Source: Octopus vulgaris
Taxonomy: Eukaryota
NCBI GenBank assembly: GCA_951406725.2
Contig: OX597814.1
Span: 180,296,001-180,360,000 of the forward strand
Direction: 5' to 3'
DNA: 64,000 nucleotides
Part shown: in pieces, positions 41,985 through 54,875 of the stretch
Numbering within the stretch: the stretch's first letter is position 1
How the letters are laid out: each line of letters opens with the position of its first letter
Made by a program: the position numbers and the translations under genes
Notes under the pieces: generated by a model
What the model saw: only the letters and a program-made list of their open reading frames with translations
What the model was told of the DNA's origin: nothing
Database searches by the model: none

Positions 41985-44520
41985 GCACATAAAATGTGAG
42001 GTTTGTTAAGCTGGCAAACTGCAACTAGTATACAATAAAATCGACAGATATGGAACATCAGTATCTGGATTTTCAGAATGAAGATGAACAGGAAATATTT
42101 AATTTACAACAGACAATTTGTACTAGCAGTTAAAGCCAAAGGGTTTACATTATCTTGAACAGAACTGTCAGCAAATTCTTGGCTTGGATATGAGCCAGTT
42201 ACTGATCGAATACTAATCAATATTAGACTTCGAGGAAAGGTATTTAACGTTAGTGATATACAGTTTTTTATGTTTTAACTGCAGCCACAAATAAAAGTAA
42301 GATAGATCAATTCTATGATGCACTCCAAAGCGAAATCTATTAATCATCCCCAAAGATGTCGTTACTCTGATTGGAAATGTAAATCCTAAGTTAAGGAAAA
42401 CTAACAAAATCAATAGCTATGGAGTGGCTGTGTGGTAAGTAGCTTGCTAACCAGCCACATGGTTCCGGGTTCAGACCCACTGCGTGGCATCTTGGGCAAG
42501 TGTCTTCTGCTATAGCCTCGGGCCGACCAATGCCTTGTGAGTGGATTTGGTAGACGGAAACTGAAAGAAGTCTGTCGTATATATGTATATATATATATAT
42601 GTGTGTGTATGTGTGTGTGTTTCTGTGTTTGTCCCCCTAGCATTGCTTGACAACCGATGCTGGTGTGTTTACGTCCCCGTCACTTAGCGGTTCGGCAAAA
42701 GAGACCGATAGAATAAGTACTGGGCTTGCAAAGAATAAGTCCCGGGGTCGATTTGCTCGACTAAAGGCGGTGCTCCAGCATGGCCGCAGTCAAATGACTG
42801 AAACAAGTAAAAGAGTAAAAGAGTAAAGAGTATAGGAAATTTTAGTTCATACCTTAGAAATGAGCAAGGAGTAAAGCTGTTCACTTGATTTCGGTGAATT
42901 AAACTTAGCTTTTTCATGTAAATGCTTTGCCAGCATCATAGAGGACTTTACACTTGGTCTCCTCCTGATGACAAAATTCATAATTAAATAGATTATAGTC
43001 CATTAGTGATGGAGTAGTAGTTTTCAAAACAAAGTTTAGAATATATCCAGGTGCTAACAGCAACAGTGACCATTAATTTATTTTTGCAAAAGTTAAATTG
43101 CCTCTTAATAGCAATAAAAATATAAAAAAAACAACGTGAAGATACAATCTTGGAAACATTCCAAATGAATATAATGTTGAAATATAAAACGGACGATTTG
43201 AAAAACTTCGGTAATGTGATGAAGAAAGCCATCACAGAAAAACACTGAAGTAACGCTAAAAATGCAGTTTTGAAGAAGCGTAGAAATATTGACAAATAAA
43301 AAGGAAACAAAAAAGACGAACGAAATGGTTGAAAGTCGTGAAATTAGATAAAAATAAAACTAACGATAGATCTGTGTAGGCTGTGGTATGACTTCATGTT
43401 TATCTAAAGAATGATAACAACAACTGAGCCATGAAATTCAAATAGGAAAAAAAGAAAAAGGCAAATAGAATACCATTAACAAAATTGATGATGATATTGA
43501 AAAATATTCAATTTCAATACAAACATTACTAAAGATCTTAACAAAGCAGTGAAGCTAATAACAAGAAAATTTGCACCAAGAAATGGTTTTATCAACGACA
43601 ACGATGATAATGTGAATTATGAAGAGAAATATATAAAGGAAAGACAGAAATAATATGACTGCAGCTTATACAATAAGATAGCATATGTTAATCAAATAGA
43701 AATCAAAGTAATGAAAATGACCAAAGTCAAACCGTTTTTACAGAAATGAAAACCTGCGGAGTTAATGTCTGAAGTGAAAAAAAAAAATGGAAAAAAGAAA
43801 GTAAACCTTGGCACAGATGGCAAAACACAGAACTTGAGAAAAATGATCCTTGTGAAATTATTACACTGTGCAAAATTGTACAACTAAAATTTGTGATGAA
43901 ATGATTGCACTAAGTTAATTTTCAAGCTATTGCCAAAAATGATATAGTGCAATGTAAAAACTAAAGAATGCTTGTACAAATAGCGTTATAGATATCGTTT
44001 CTGTCAAATAAAACAGATGGAAATAACAGAGGAACAAATTTGGTTTAAACCGGGAAATGAAACGAAGGTTGCTATTCTTCACCTAAAGATGGCGATTCAG
44101 AAAAATAGTGACCATAATGGAAAATTATAGCTTTCATTGATTATCAGAAAAGCTTTTGACGCAGATATTAATGACAAAACAAGCTCAGTGATGACAGAAA
44201 TGAGATTTCTTCTACATTTTATAGAGTTATTAAAATCACATTATTCTTGGCAAATAGCAACTGTCAAAACTAATGTGAAATTCAGGCAGTGGTTTGAAAC
44301 TGACCGAGGTTACAAGCATGAGCGTATTATTTCTCTTTCTCTACATCACATCAGAACAGAAATTGTAATGAGGAAAAATCTAAAATCTTTGAAGGTAGAG
44401 TTAAAATCAGTGGAAGAATAGTCACCTGTTTCAGATATGCCTATGATAGTGTCTCTATTACTGACAGCTTACAAGAATTTTGATATAGGATGCGAAAGGA
44501 AAAAAAAGTGACAAATATAG
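41985..44520 (+). mobile_element. Highly degenerate RTE/BovB-like LINE (APE + RT), interrupted by SINE B at 42418-42832
   Basis: APE motifs 'GT*NVR', 'LGYEPVTDRIL', 'DQFYDALQ', 'LYTWSPPD..HN*IDY', 'PGANSNSDH'; RT motifs 'FIDYQKAFD', 'FRYAYD'. Confidence 0.75.
42418..42832 (+). mobile_element. SINE family B full-length copy
   Basis: Head, CORE-like segment, microsatellite and (agtaaaag)n tail. Confidence 0.88.
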
Positions 44521-44790
44521 TTGGTCATTAAATTTGCAATTCTGCCAGCTCACCTATAATGATGGGAAGTATTAATGAATACGATTTCATCTGAAAATAA
44601 GGAGCATATTCATTTACTAATATTGCGGGTTAAATTTCTTTGTATAGCGTGGATCTGAGTCAAACTGTTATTCAATAATTTCCCTTCACAGCTCATTAAG
44701 ATAGTGCTTTTGTTGGCTATCGAGTTGTTTTGACTCTTATTTCTAGCAATACTGGTGCTGATTAGTGCTCTGGGTCAGTTCAGTAAGTAC

Positions 44791-44831
<41 letters not shown>

Positions 44832-44832
44832 A

Positions 44833-45183
<351 letters not shown>

Positions 45184-45444
45184 CATATATATATTAGTAT
45201 TCCCCAACTTGGAGTCCGCGGACCTGGTGGTCCTCAAAGGTAGTACTGGGGGTCCGTGAACTAAATTCAAAATATTATGTATATATATATAAATATATAT
45301 ATATTGGTAAAAACGGTAAGATAACAAAAGAAAGAAAGAGACCTCAATATTATGTAAATAGAGAAATTCATCTGTAAAATAATATGTGACAATTATTCGG
45401 TAGCCAAGATAAAACTCTGAGTTTCGGATATATATATATATATG

Positions 45445-45515
<71 letters not shown>

Positions 45516-45569
45516 TAAATGGATTGGGAACCATTGTTGGGAACCACTGATATATATTTATACATACAT

Positions 45570-47385
45570 ATTGTAAATGTAAGACGGAAGATGGAGTATA
45601 CGAGAATTTTTATTATATACTACAATTGTTTCGACACATCTAGCATCAATCCATCACGGGTGGGATACTTAACAACTGGCTCAGAAACATCCAAGGAAAA
45701 TAGATATAACTCATTAAAATAAGTTCCGCAATGTGTCTTCTCATTTCCTGTAAAGAAAAGCAGCAAATTAAAGGATATATCTTCATTTTTATAGAAGATT
45801 AATAATAAACTGACAGATGCAAAAAAGAACCGAACACGCAATATAGCGAGAAAAGTACTAAAAATAATGATTAACGGGTATGGATGTATAAACACTCTCG
45901 CGCAAGCTGCATGGTGGTTGTAAACTCGCTCATACAAGTATCCACGAAGTTATAGGCATACACACGTGTTTGGTTTGGTGCACATACGTTTACATAGCGA
46001 GTTAAATTGGAACTTGGTGTTTATAAGAATGGGGAGGTTAAAGCTAAACTTAATTCATCCATACCTTGAAGTAAACTATGTTATCTTTTACTCAAATTCA
46101 TTCCCGCTGCATTGTGCGAAAGTACATTTATATGCATGTAGACGTCGTGAGAGGCTTTCAGAAATCCTGCTAATGATCTCATTGGTCCACAGAATAGACA
46201 GGGATTCCTCAGAGCAGACACGGCATCTCCTGGAAATGATATTATTTGGTTTTGCATGCCTTACCATGAATCAAGTTATGTTATCCTTAATGTTAACTTC
46301 CTTCAGTCATCACACAAAATCAGCTAAAGATGTTGAATGTCTCTTATTGATTCTATTAAAGCTGACGACATGGTTGCGATAACGATTCTTAAATGAATTA
46401 GCCGTTTGTCCAATGTAAACATACGGCCCTCCCCTAGTGTGCACGGTACATTTATATGCAAGATTTGTACTCTTACAGAGGTTCATCAATGGGCATTTTG
46501 ATTTTTCTCTGCATGACCATTTATTACATTTATTTGTATATATGGCAGTTCTGACTTTATTTTCCGACCTTGCTACCGTGTTAGCCATATCATAATCATT
46601 TTTACTATCACAATTTGGCCGTATTTGGTGCTTTTCATTGTGGTTTACATCTCTTTCGCTGGTATTTAGATGCGTATGTTTGCTAGATCCAGTAGGTGGG
46701 TTATTGAACTGTTGTCGCATTTTATTACTGTTTATGCGTTGCATATGTTGCTCTAAATAATATGGTATCTATTAGATTTGGGAAAACATTATTCTACAGC
46801 TGCAAAATATTTTCCAGCGATCTTGGTTGAAACATGCGAATCGAAAATTGGGTTGAATCAGAGGACATCATGATTCCTATAGCTGTTGTTTGGCTTATTT
46901 GATCTAGTGTGTTGCACAGATTTGGAACAATTTACTGTGTTATGAGCAGTTGGGTTACTGTACCGTGTGTGTCTAAGAGTTTTCGTTGGTAGTTCATTGC
47001 CTTGATCAATTCTTCCTGGCGTGTGTTCTCGATTTAAGTAAGTTCTCATACCGTAATTTTGTGACGGTGTACAATGTGTGTTATTATTGTAGGAATTGAT
47101 AGTGTTCTGTACGCCAGTATATATTGAATTTTCTCACGGTATCCAAAGCAGCATGGGATTCGAAAATGTTTTTATCAGCGGATAATCTAGAAATTCTTCT
47201 AGAAACATTCTTAACTAATACTCGTATTATCGAGGGTGGATGGCTGGATGCTGCATTTATGTACTTAGTATGATCATTTGGCTAATTAAATGGTTCAAAT
47301 AATCCAGTATCAAGACAGAAGGTTGCGTCAAGAAAATTTACTCTACGATAATCTTTTCCCATAGTAATGGTTACTCATAAACTTT
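45570..47385 (-). mobile_element. Penelope-like element remnant (RT thumb + GIY-YIG endonuclease)
   Basis: 'VNFLDATFCL..YINAASSHPPSII..RISRLS' then 'SCREKSKCPL..C..LAYKCTV..YIGQTANSFKNRYRNH..STSLADFV..CRVC'. Confidence 0.85.
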
Positions 47386-47786
47386 AAAACACACAGACAC
47401 ACACATACATGTTGCTTACGTTATAAGAATTTAGAAACCCCGCAAGAGCTACTAAGATAGAGTGAGAAATTCGAAGGACTTATTTGGTTCAATGGTAGAA
47501 CGTTTGTACATATTTGTAGATGTAGATTCAAGTCACACGGGCAGCAGAGGAATAGAAAACCTCTGGGTAACAGTTTTCTAAAACATTCAATACCGGTTTT
47601 CAATTGTGGAGGGTGGAACAAACACAAACAAACATACACACATGCACACACACATATACACACACATATACGCACATATGACGGGCTTCTATACAGTTTC
47701 CGTTTTTCAAGTTCACTTTCAAGGCATTGGTCGGTCTAAGGCATTTGTAGAATTCACAGACACAAAGACATGCGCAATTGCGCATG

Positions 47787-47817
<31 letters not shown>

Positions 47818-48167
47818 ACAGGCACGCACACATACACATACACACACATGCTCGCACACGCACACACACACATGCACACACATACCCACATGCACGACTG
47901 ATTTGTTTCCCCTTGCGTCACTACACTTTGTATTTCGTACCGTAGAACGATAAATTCAATGACTTAACTAGTTTCTCAGTTAAGTACCGTCTCCTGCAAC
48001 TGACAGAGTCCATTACGTTGCAAGCATTGAGCTCAGGTCTCTTACTTTGAGTATAACTTTCTTCCTACCTCCCACTAATTTCAAAACCTGCCTTTGACTG
48101 TCTTGCTTTGACTATGTTGCTAAAAAAATACAAGGTAATGTTTTGGAAACTGGTATAATCGACATAA

Positions 48168-48760
48168 AGGCGGCGAGCTGGCAGAAACGTTAGTACGCCG
48201 GGCGAAATGCTTAGCAGTATTTCGTCTGCCGTTACGTTCTGAGTTCAAATTCCGCCGAGGTCGACTTTGCCTTTCATCCTTTCGGGGTCGATTAAATAAG
48301 TACCGGTTACGCACTGGAGTCGATATAATCGACTTAATCCGTTTGCCTGTCCTTGTTTGTCCTCTCAGTGTCTAGCCCCTTGTGGGTAGTAAAGAAATAG
48401 GTATTTCGTCTGCCGCTACGTTCTGAGTTCAAATTCCGCCGAGGTCGACTTTGCCTTTCATCCTTTCGGGGTCGATTAAATAAGTACCGGTTACGCACTG
48501 GAGTCGATATAATCGACTTAATCCGTTTGCCTGTCCTTGTTTGTCCTCTCAGTGTCTAGCCCCTTGTGGGTAGTAAAGAAATAGGTATTTCGTCTGCCGC
48601 TACGTTCTGAGTTCAAATTCCGCCGAGGTCGACTTTGCCTTTCATCCTTTCGGGGTCGATAAATTAAGTACCAGTTACGCACTGAGGTCGATATAATCTG
48701 TTTGTCTGTCCTTGTTTGTCCTCTCTGTGTTTAGCCCCTTGTGGGTAGTAAAGAAATAAG
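48168..48760 (+). mobile_element. SINE family A trimer (184-bp period)
   Basis: Units start at 48217, 48401, 48585; imperfect TSD gtataat(c/t)gaca(t/g)aaa. Confidence 0.9.
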
Positions 48761-49573
48761 TATAATTGACAGAAATAAATAGATAAATGAATAAAATAAA
48801 AATGAAAATAGCAAAGACTTCAAGACGGAGGCTCAATCACGGACACAGTCCGATGAAAGAAACCACAAAAAAAAAAAGGGTGAAAAAACTATAATAAAAG
48901 AATGTCAGGTGATGATGAAAGCTTCTGTCATCTGCTAACGTAGAAGAGTTAGCTTATTGATAATCGCGTTTAGTTTGAATAGATTCTCTATGTAACAGCT
49001 ATTACGATATTCTGTTGAATACGAACAGAACTTACACAGAGTTTTAGCTAGCTATTTGACAACTGGATTTAGTATAGATTTTTGCAGTAGCTGTTATTAC
49101 GATGTTTATATCCAACAAATAATTTACAGTTAGAAAAGTGATATATGATGCAATAGCTATTACTGTTGCTACCAGCTGCTCCACCGTTTTGAAAGCTTCA
49201 AGATTAATATGGAAATACGAAACTAAATAAATATAATAAATAAATAAATAAATAGTATGGTTAATGTAATACAGTTCCATAATTCAAGATCAATGTCGAT
49301 AATTTCCTGAACTATTTTGACCACGATATCAATATATTTTGTTAGATCTAATCTTCGTATCTTTAATTCAATATGGAGTAACATACTTTAGGAAAAGCAT
49401 AATTAAATTTCCTCTTGAGACAAGTTTTCCCACTATATAACAAATGTATGTATGTATGTATGTATGTATGTATGTATGTATGTATGTATGTATGTATGTA
49501 TGTATTTACATATGTATATATGAATGTATGTATGTATGTGTGTGCGTGGTTCGCGTGTGTGTCATATGTATGA

Positions 49574-49610
<37 letters not shown>

Positions 49611-49837
49611 GCATATATATGTATATATGTGTGTGTGTACAAGTCTATAGATATATAGATGTATAAATTTTGTTTAAAATGAAAGTAAGAACACTCAATA
49701 CATGACATGGAGTATACATGTTTTAGGAATCAGTCAGTGATTAACCCCATCGCTATTCAGTTTTGTACCACATCACGGAATCAATCATCAATTGATTTCT
49801 GATACCTACCTGTCTACTTACATATTTATCTGTCTGT

Positions 49838-49903
<66 letters not shown>

Positions 49904-50328
49904 GTCTATCTGTCTGTCTGTCTGTCTGTCTGTCTGTTTTTCTCCGATAGAACTTACACTGTAAGTGTAAGTAATATCTTTGAAACGCTACTCGTATGTG
50001 TACACACTGTGTGTATAATCGTATGTGTAAATCGTTTTGTGGACCTACTAATCGCAGCTAGAATATCACAGCCAGTAGCAACCATCAATTTTCTGTATGT
50101 AAAAACAGAAACAAAAAAATGCTTTGATCCAAGTTCTGTCTTCGATTTCCATATGTCCACCAAGACCAATGTATGTTCCTCTCGAAAATTACTAAGTAAA
50201 CATGAGAAGGGAGAGAATCACAGAGCGCTAAATATATGACAAAGGAATATTTAAAATGATTGGTCTAGTAATTGAAATAATGGAGACGGATACTATATGG
50301 GACATAAGAGGTAGCGAGATGAGAGGCC

Positions 50329-50556
50329 TGTTTCTTTACTACCCACAAGGGGCTAAACAAAGAGAGGACAAACAAGGACAGACAAACGGATTATGTTGAT
50401 TACATCGGCCCCAGTGCGTAACTGGTACTTAATTTATCGACCCCGAAAGGATGAAAGGTAAAGTCTACCTCGGCGGAATTTGAACTCAGAACGTAACGGC
50501 AGACGAAATACGGCTAAGCATTTCACCCGGCGTGCTAACGTTTCTGCCAGCTCGCC
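50329..50556 (-). mobile_element. SINE family A monomer with 15-bp TSD
   Basis: TSD gcgagatgagaggcc at 50314-50328 and 50557-50571. Confidence 0.9.
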
Positions 50557-50828
50557 GCGAGATGAGAGGCCGTGAGATTAGTAACTCAGGAGAGCCTGAG
50601 GCAAGATAGCACGAGACCAGCCAGCCAGCTCTATTAAACAGAGTTCACAGTAGTAGCTAGAGCGCGAAGAGACAGAGAGAAGAGACAGTAAGTCAGTGGG
50701 TTAGAGATTATAACGCGTTTTGGCAATCGACTTATTTTTACTAATCATTCGGTTGGTCTAGAAAATTTCTATGCGTAGTAACATCACTGATACAGATGTC
50801 AGTGAATTATTGCATTGCGGTTCTCACT

Positions 50829-50988
50829 CGTGCCCGTCGCAAAAGAGATGCACTGGACGATACTTCACCTTCATTATTCAATAGTGCACCCTCAGATTTA
50901 CAGTACCACACTTATTTCGAAACTCTACTTTAGGCCATCTAGAATATTCTGAAGCACTCCCAGGACCAAATTTTTGGCGACGGGCCTG
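50829..50988. mobile_element. Probable hAT-type MITE (~160 bp)
   Basis: Imperfect TIRs cgtgcccgtcgcaaaa / ttttggcgacgggcctg; 8-bp TSD ttctcact / ctctccct (6/8). Confidence 0.55.
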
Positions 50989-51193
50989 CTCTCCCTTAAC
51001 TTTTGTAAATGGACAGGTGTTTTTTGGGAGCTGAAATATTTTAGGAGCAAAAACATTTAACCTCGAAGAAAGTCACTCTTCGTGATGCAGTCTTTGCTAT
51101 GTTGAAAATGGGAGATTTCAGGGAGATATTTTTCAATGATGATGAAGCCTAGTAATTAAAGCAACATTTTGAGTTCCATTTGTGCGTCGATCA

Positions 51194-51577
51194 TCTCTCT
51201 CTATATAAACGGCAGTTTGTCTGTGTGTGTTTCTGTGTGTCTGTTTGCTTGTACCCTCACCCTGACCACGGCTTTCAACCGATTCTGATGAAACTTGACA
51301 CACACATAGCCCAATGTCATAATTCAAAACTAACGCAGCGAAAATTTTGAAAAGTTCCCCCAGTTCTGAAAAAGATCGATAAATTCGACATGGGGTCGAC
51401 AATCAGAAACACAAACCACAGATGGTCTAGGGGACGCAACTCGACCTTTTTAACTATCAAAAAAAATTTACCATCATTTTTTCCCCATTTTTTTGCTATT
51501 TTTTGGCTATAACTCTCTAAAAATGCTTTATAGTTATTTCCCTTACAAACCCGAGCAACGCCGGGCGATACTGCTAG
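51194..51577 (+). mobile_element. Non-autonomous Helitron-type element
   Basis: A|TCtctctctatataaa ... cccgagcaacgccgggcgatactgCTAG|T. Confidence 0.78.
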
Positions 51578-51887
51578 TGCTTAATAAATGGAGATCTGAT
51601 GTTTTCTTTATATGTGTAGAAACTTGTGTTGTTGAAGAAAGCAAGATCGAGATGATTTCATTAGACTATATTTCTCAGGCCTCCGTTCATCGGTTCGTTG
51701 CAGATTTGGTGTGATATATCAAGGTTGCACGTGGAAGATGCTTATAAGCAGGATTCAGTGCATGAAAGCGAAAACTGTACCAAATAATAACTGGAGAACT
51801 TTTCTACGTCTCCTAAGTGACAATACTGCACCGCATTTTCAAGGCCATAGATTTACTCAATTAGAGCTAACCTGTGACTAACACCAT

Positions 51888-52240
51888 CGCCGCAGCCGCC
51901 GCCGTCGCCACCACCACCACCACCACCACCACCACCACCACCAGATCACCACCACTACCACCAGCACCACCACCACCACTACCACCAGCAGCACCACCAC
52001 CACACACCACCACCACCACCACCACCACCACCACCACCACCACCACCACCTCCACCACCACCACCGCCACCACCACCACTACCACCACCACCACCACCAC
52101 CACCACCACCTCCACCACCACCACCTCCACCACCACCACCACCACCACCACCACCACCACCACCACCACCACCACCACCACCACCACCACCTCCACCACC
52201 ACCCACCACAACCAACACCACCACCACCGCCCTCATCACT
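51888..52240. repeat. (CCA)n microsatellite
   Basis: Directly visible. Confidence 0.95.
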
Positions 52241-52600
52241 AACACCAACACAACATCACGGCGGTGCAGTCAGCAACCCAACCACTACGAGAGTCATGTA
52301 AGAACTTAGATTCTATAAAGATTCTTCGCTCCTTACGGCAATTTTTGAATTATCGAAATTCTCCTAACAATCCTCCTTATGGAGTAAAACGTTGGCCGCG
52401 TAAACGATCACCTGTCTCCTCGGATTCCCAGTTTTATTTTCACTTTAGAAATCACTACCAAGAGCCAACTTGCAATCTTCTGTATGATCCAAGTGTTTCT
52501 TCTGTTACTTGCTAATTCCATCATTCATTTCCTTCGTTCTTACTTAGCTATTTTGTTTTCCTCTCAGCGTATATATATATTTTTTTTACCTTTTTTTGCA

Positions 52601-52793
52601 TTTCTTCTTCTTCTTCTTCTTCTTCTTCTTCTTCTTCTTCTTCTTCTTCTTCTTCTTCTTCTTCTTCTTCTTCTTCTTCTTCTTCTTCTTCTTCTTCTTC
52701 TTCTTCTTCTTCTTCTTCTTCTTCTTCTTCTTCTTCTTCTTCTTCTTCTTCTTCTTCTTCTTCTTCTTCTTCTCCTCCTCCTTCTTCTCCTTC

Positions 52794-52825
<32 letters not shown>

Positions 52826-52868
52826 CTTCTTCGTCTTCTTCTTCTTCTTCTTCTTCTTCTTCTTCTTC

Positions 52869-52907
<39 letters not shown>

Positions 52908-52933
52908 TTCTTCTTTTTCTTCTTCTTCTTCTT

Positions 52934-53025
<92 letters not shown>
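52601..53025. repeat. (CTT)n(CAT)n(TAT)n compound microsatellite
   Basis: Directly visible. Confidence 0.95.
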
Positions 53026-53027
<2 letters not shown>

Positions 53028-53769
53028 GTCTCCTTCTTCTTCCCCTCCTTCTCATCTTACCTCTTCCACCTTTTCTACCTCGCACCTTCTCTTACAGTCA
53101 TTATTGATGCTTCTATCTATTCCTCCTAATTTTTTTTCACCATAGTCATTTCATCTTCTCTTTACATAAACATTAAGCAATAAATCCAAGAAAACTTTTT
53201 TGGAAAATAAATAAATAAATAAATTTTCTATTTCCATTCTTATTAATATCAACAACGACAATAATGACAACAAAATCAAAAGCAATTGCAACAACAACAA
53301 CAACAACAACAATAATAATAATGATGATAAAATGTAATCGCTTTTTTATATTATTTACGAAAAGTCTGTTCGATAAGATGATGTAACTTTAAAGGTCAAG
53401 AACTATTGTCCTGAAGGTCAAATATTCCGTAGAAAGAACTAAACAATTGCCTCTGAAACCAAGCAACAAAATGCTGGTCTAACAGACTAAAGGATTAACG
53501 TAGTGCATGTTGAATTGCTGATGGAATTAAAAGGTCGATTGGTAACTTGGAGCTATTCAAATAGAAAATCTTTATTTCATCCGAATTCGATACAATATCT
53601 TCTTTCTAAATAGAAATAAAAGCAGAAAAAGAAAACGATCAAAATCTACTGCGTGTTATACATACAGACGAAGATATACCTACTTACATATATAAATAGT
53701 CAGATAAAGACATTCTTGCACACACATATAAATGTGTAAATATATGCATAATCAAATGCATCGATTTTT

Positions 53770-54260
53770 TCCCAAAAATTCTTGAAGCTGTCTCTAGACA
53801 ACAGACCACTTCTTGGACAAGAGTTGAAAAATATAATAAAAATGAAAAAAAGAAAAAAGCAAGTAGCCTCATGTTAAAAGTTATTGAGGATATCACTAGA
53901 GACAAATGAAAACATGTGGTAACACGTATTGGACTATGAGTAACTTTTTGTATATAGCTGCTATCGCTGTGAAACGACACATAATAGATACTTGCGGTAC
54001 ACATGACAATGAAAAAAACTCAATATATGCCACCCATATGGATAACAAAATTAGCTGGAAATATCGACAAGCTGTACTGCAAAATTGGATATTTAGATAC
54101 TATGGTAAATAAACATTGAGATGCTATCACAAATTTCACTATACTCCATCTACATCTGAAGCTATTAAAACCAACAAAAAGCTACAAGGATTCGACGTTC
54201 CACACTTTTGAGAGCAGGTTAATAACCTTGAAACACGGTCATGCAGGAAAATAAAGGTAT
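53770..54260 (+). mobile_element. Possible N-terminal fragment of an R4/Dong ORF
   Basis: 'YWTMSNFLYIAAIAVK' and frameshifted 'PPIWITKLAGNIDKLYCKIGYL' resemble the pre-RT region of R4/Dong ORFs. Confidence 0.3.
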
Positions 54261-54827
54261 TGATCACAAGTATAACAACAATAATTAATTACATATCATT
54301 TTCCTCTTATTCACTTTATTACAACAGAAAATATGCCTCTTCCGATATAGTTGATATAATAAATCAATAGTCATTACACAGTATTTGATTTGGAAGTAAT
54401 AGTTTGGAATGAGTAGAATTCAAACATGGAATATAACATATCTTCATTTAAAACACCAATAAAGACGCAGATCACATATACGCACAAAGGGCTAAACATA
54501 GAGGAGACAAGCAAAACAGACAAAGTTCAACTAGTCGGACAGACTAGTTGAAATAATATTTTTCGGACAGACTAGTTGATATAAAACTTTTCTTAGATGA
54601 TATACACCAATTAATATACAGCTTTAACAATTCTGAACTTGGACATTTAGTTAAACAGTTGCTAATTTAGTATGCCGATATTTCAAATATTTATACCAAC
54701 TGTCTAAAGTATTGTCTCCCTTGGACCATGGTGTTGGAATTAATGCATGCAAGATTTCACAGCTCTAGCATCACTCCTTCATAGTTAGCCTATGAACTTT
54801 TCAGCCTACCCTCGTGTGTGCATGCAT

Positions 54828-54849
<22 letters not shown>

Positions 54850-54875
<26 letters not shown>

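Noticed and set aside
48217-48400. Retrozyme interpretation of the 184-bp unit
   Set aside because: No CTGANGA/GAAA hammerhead core on either strand
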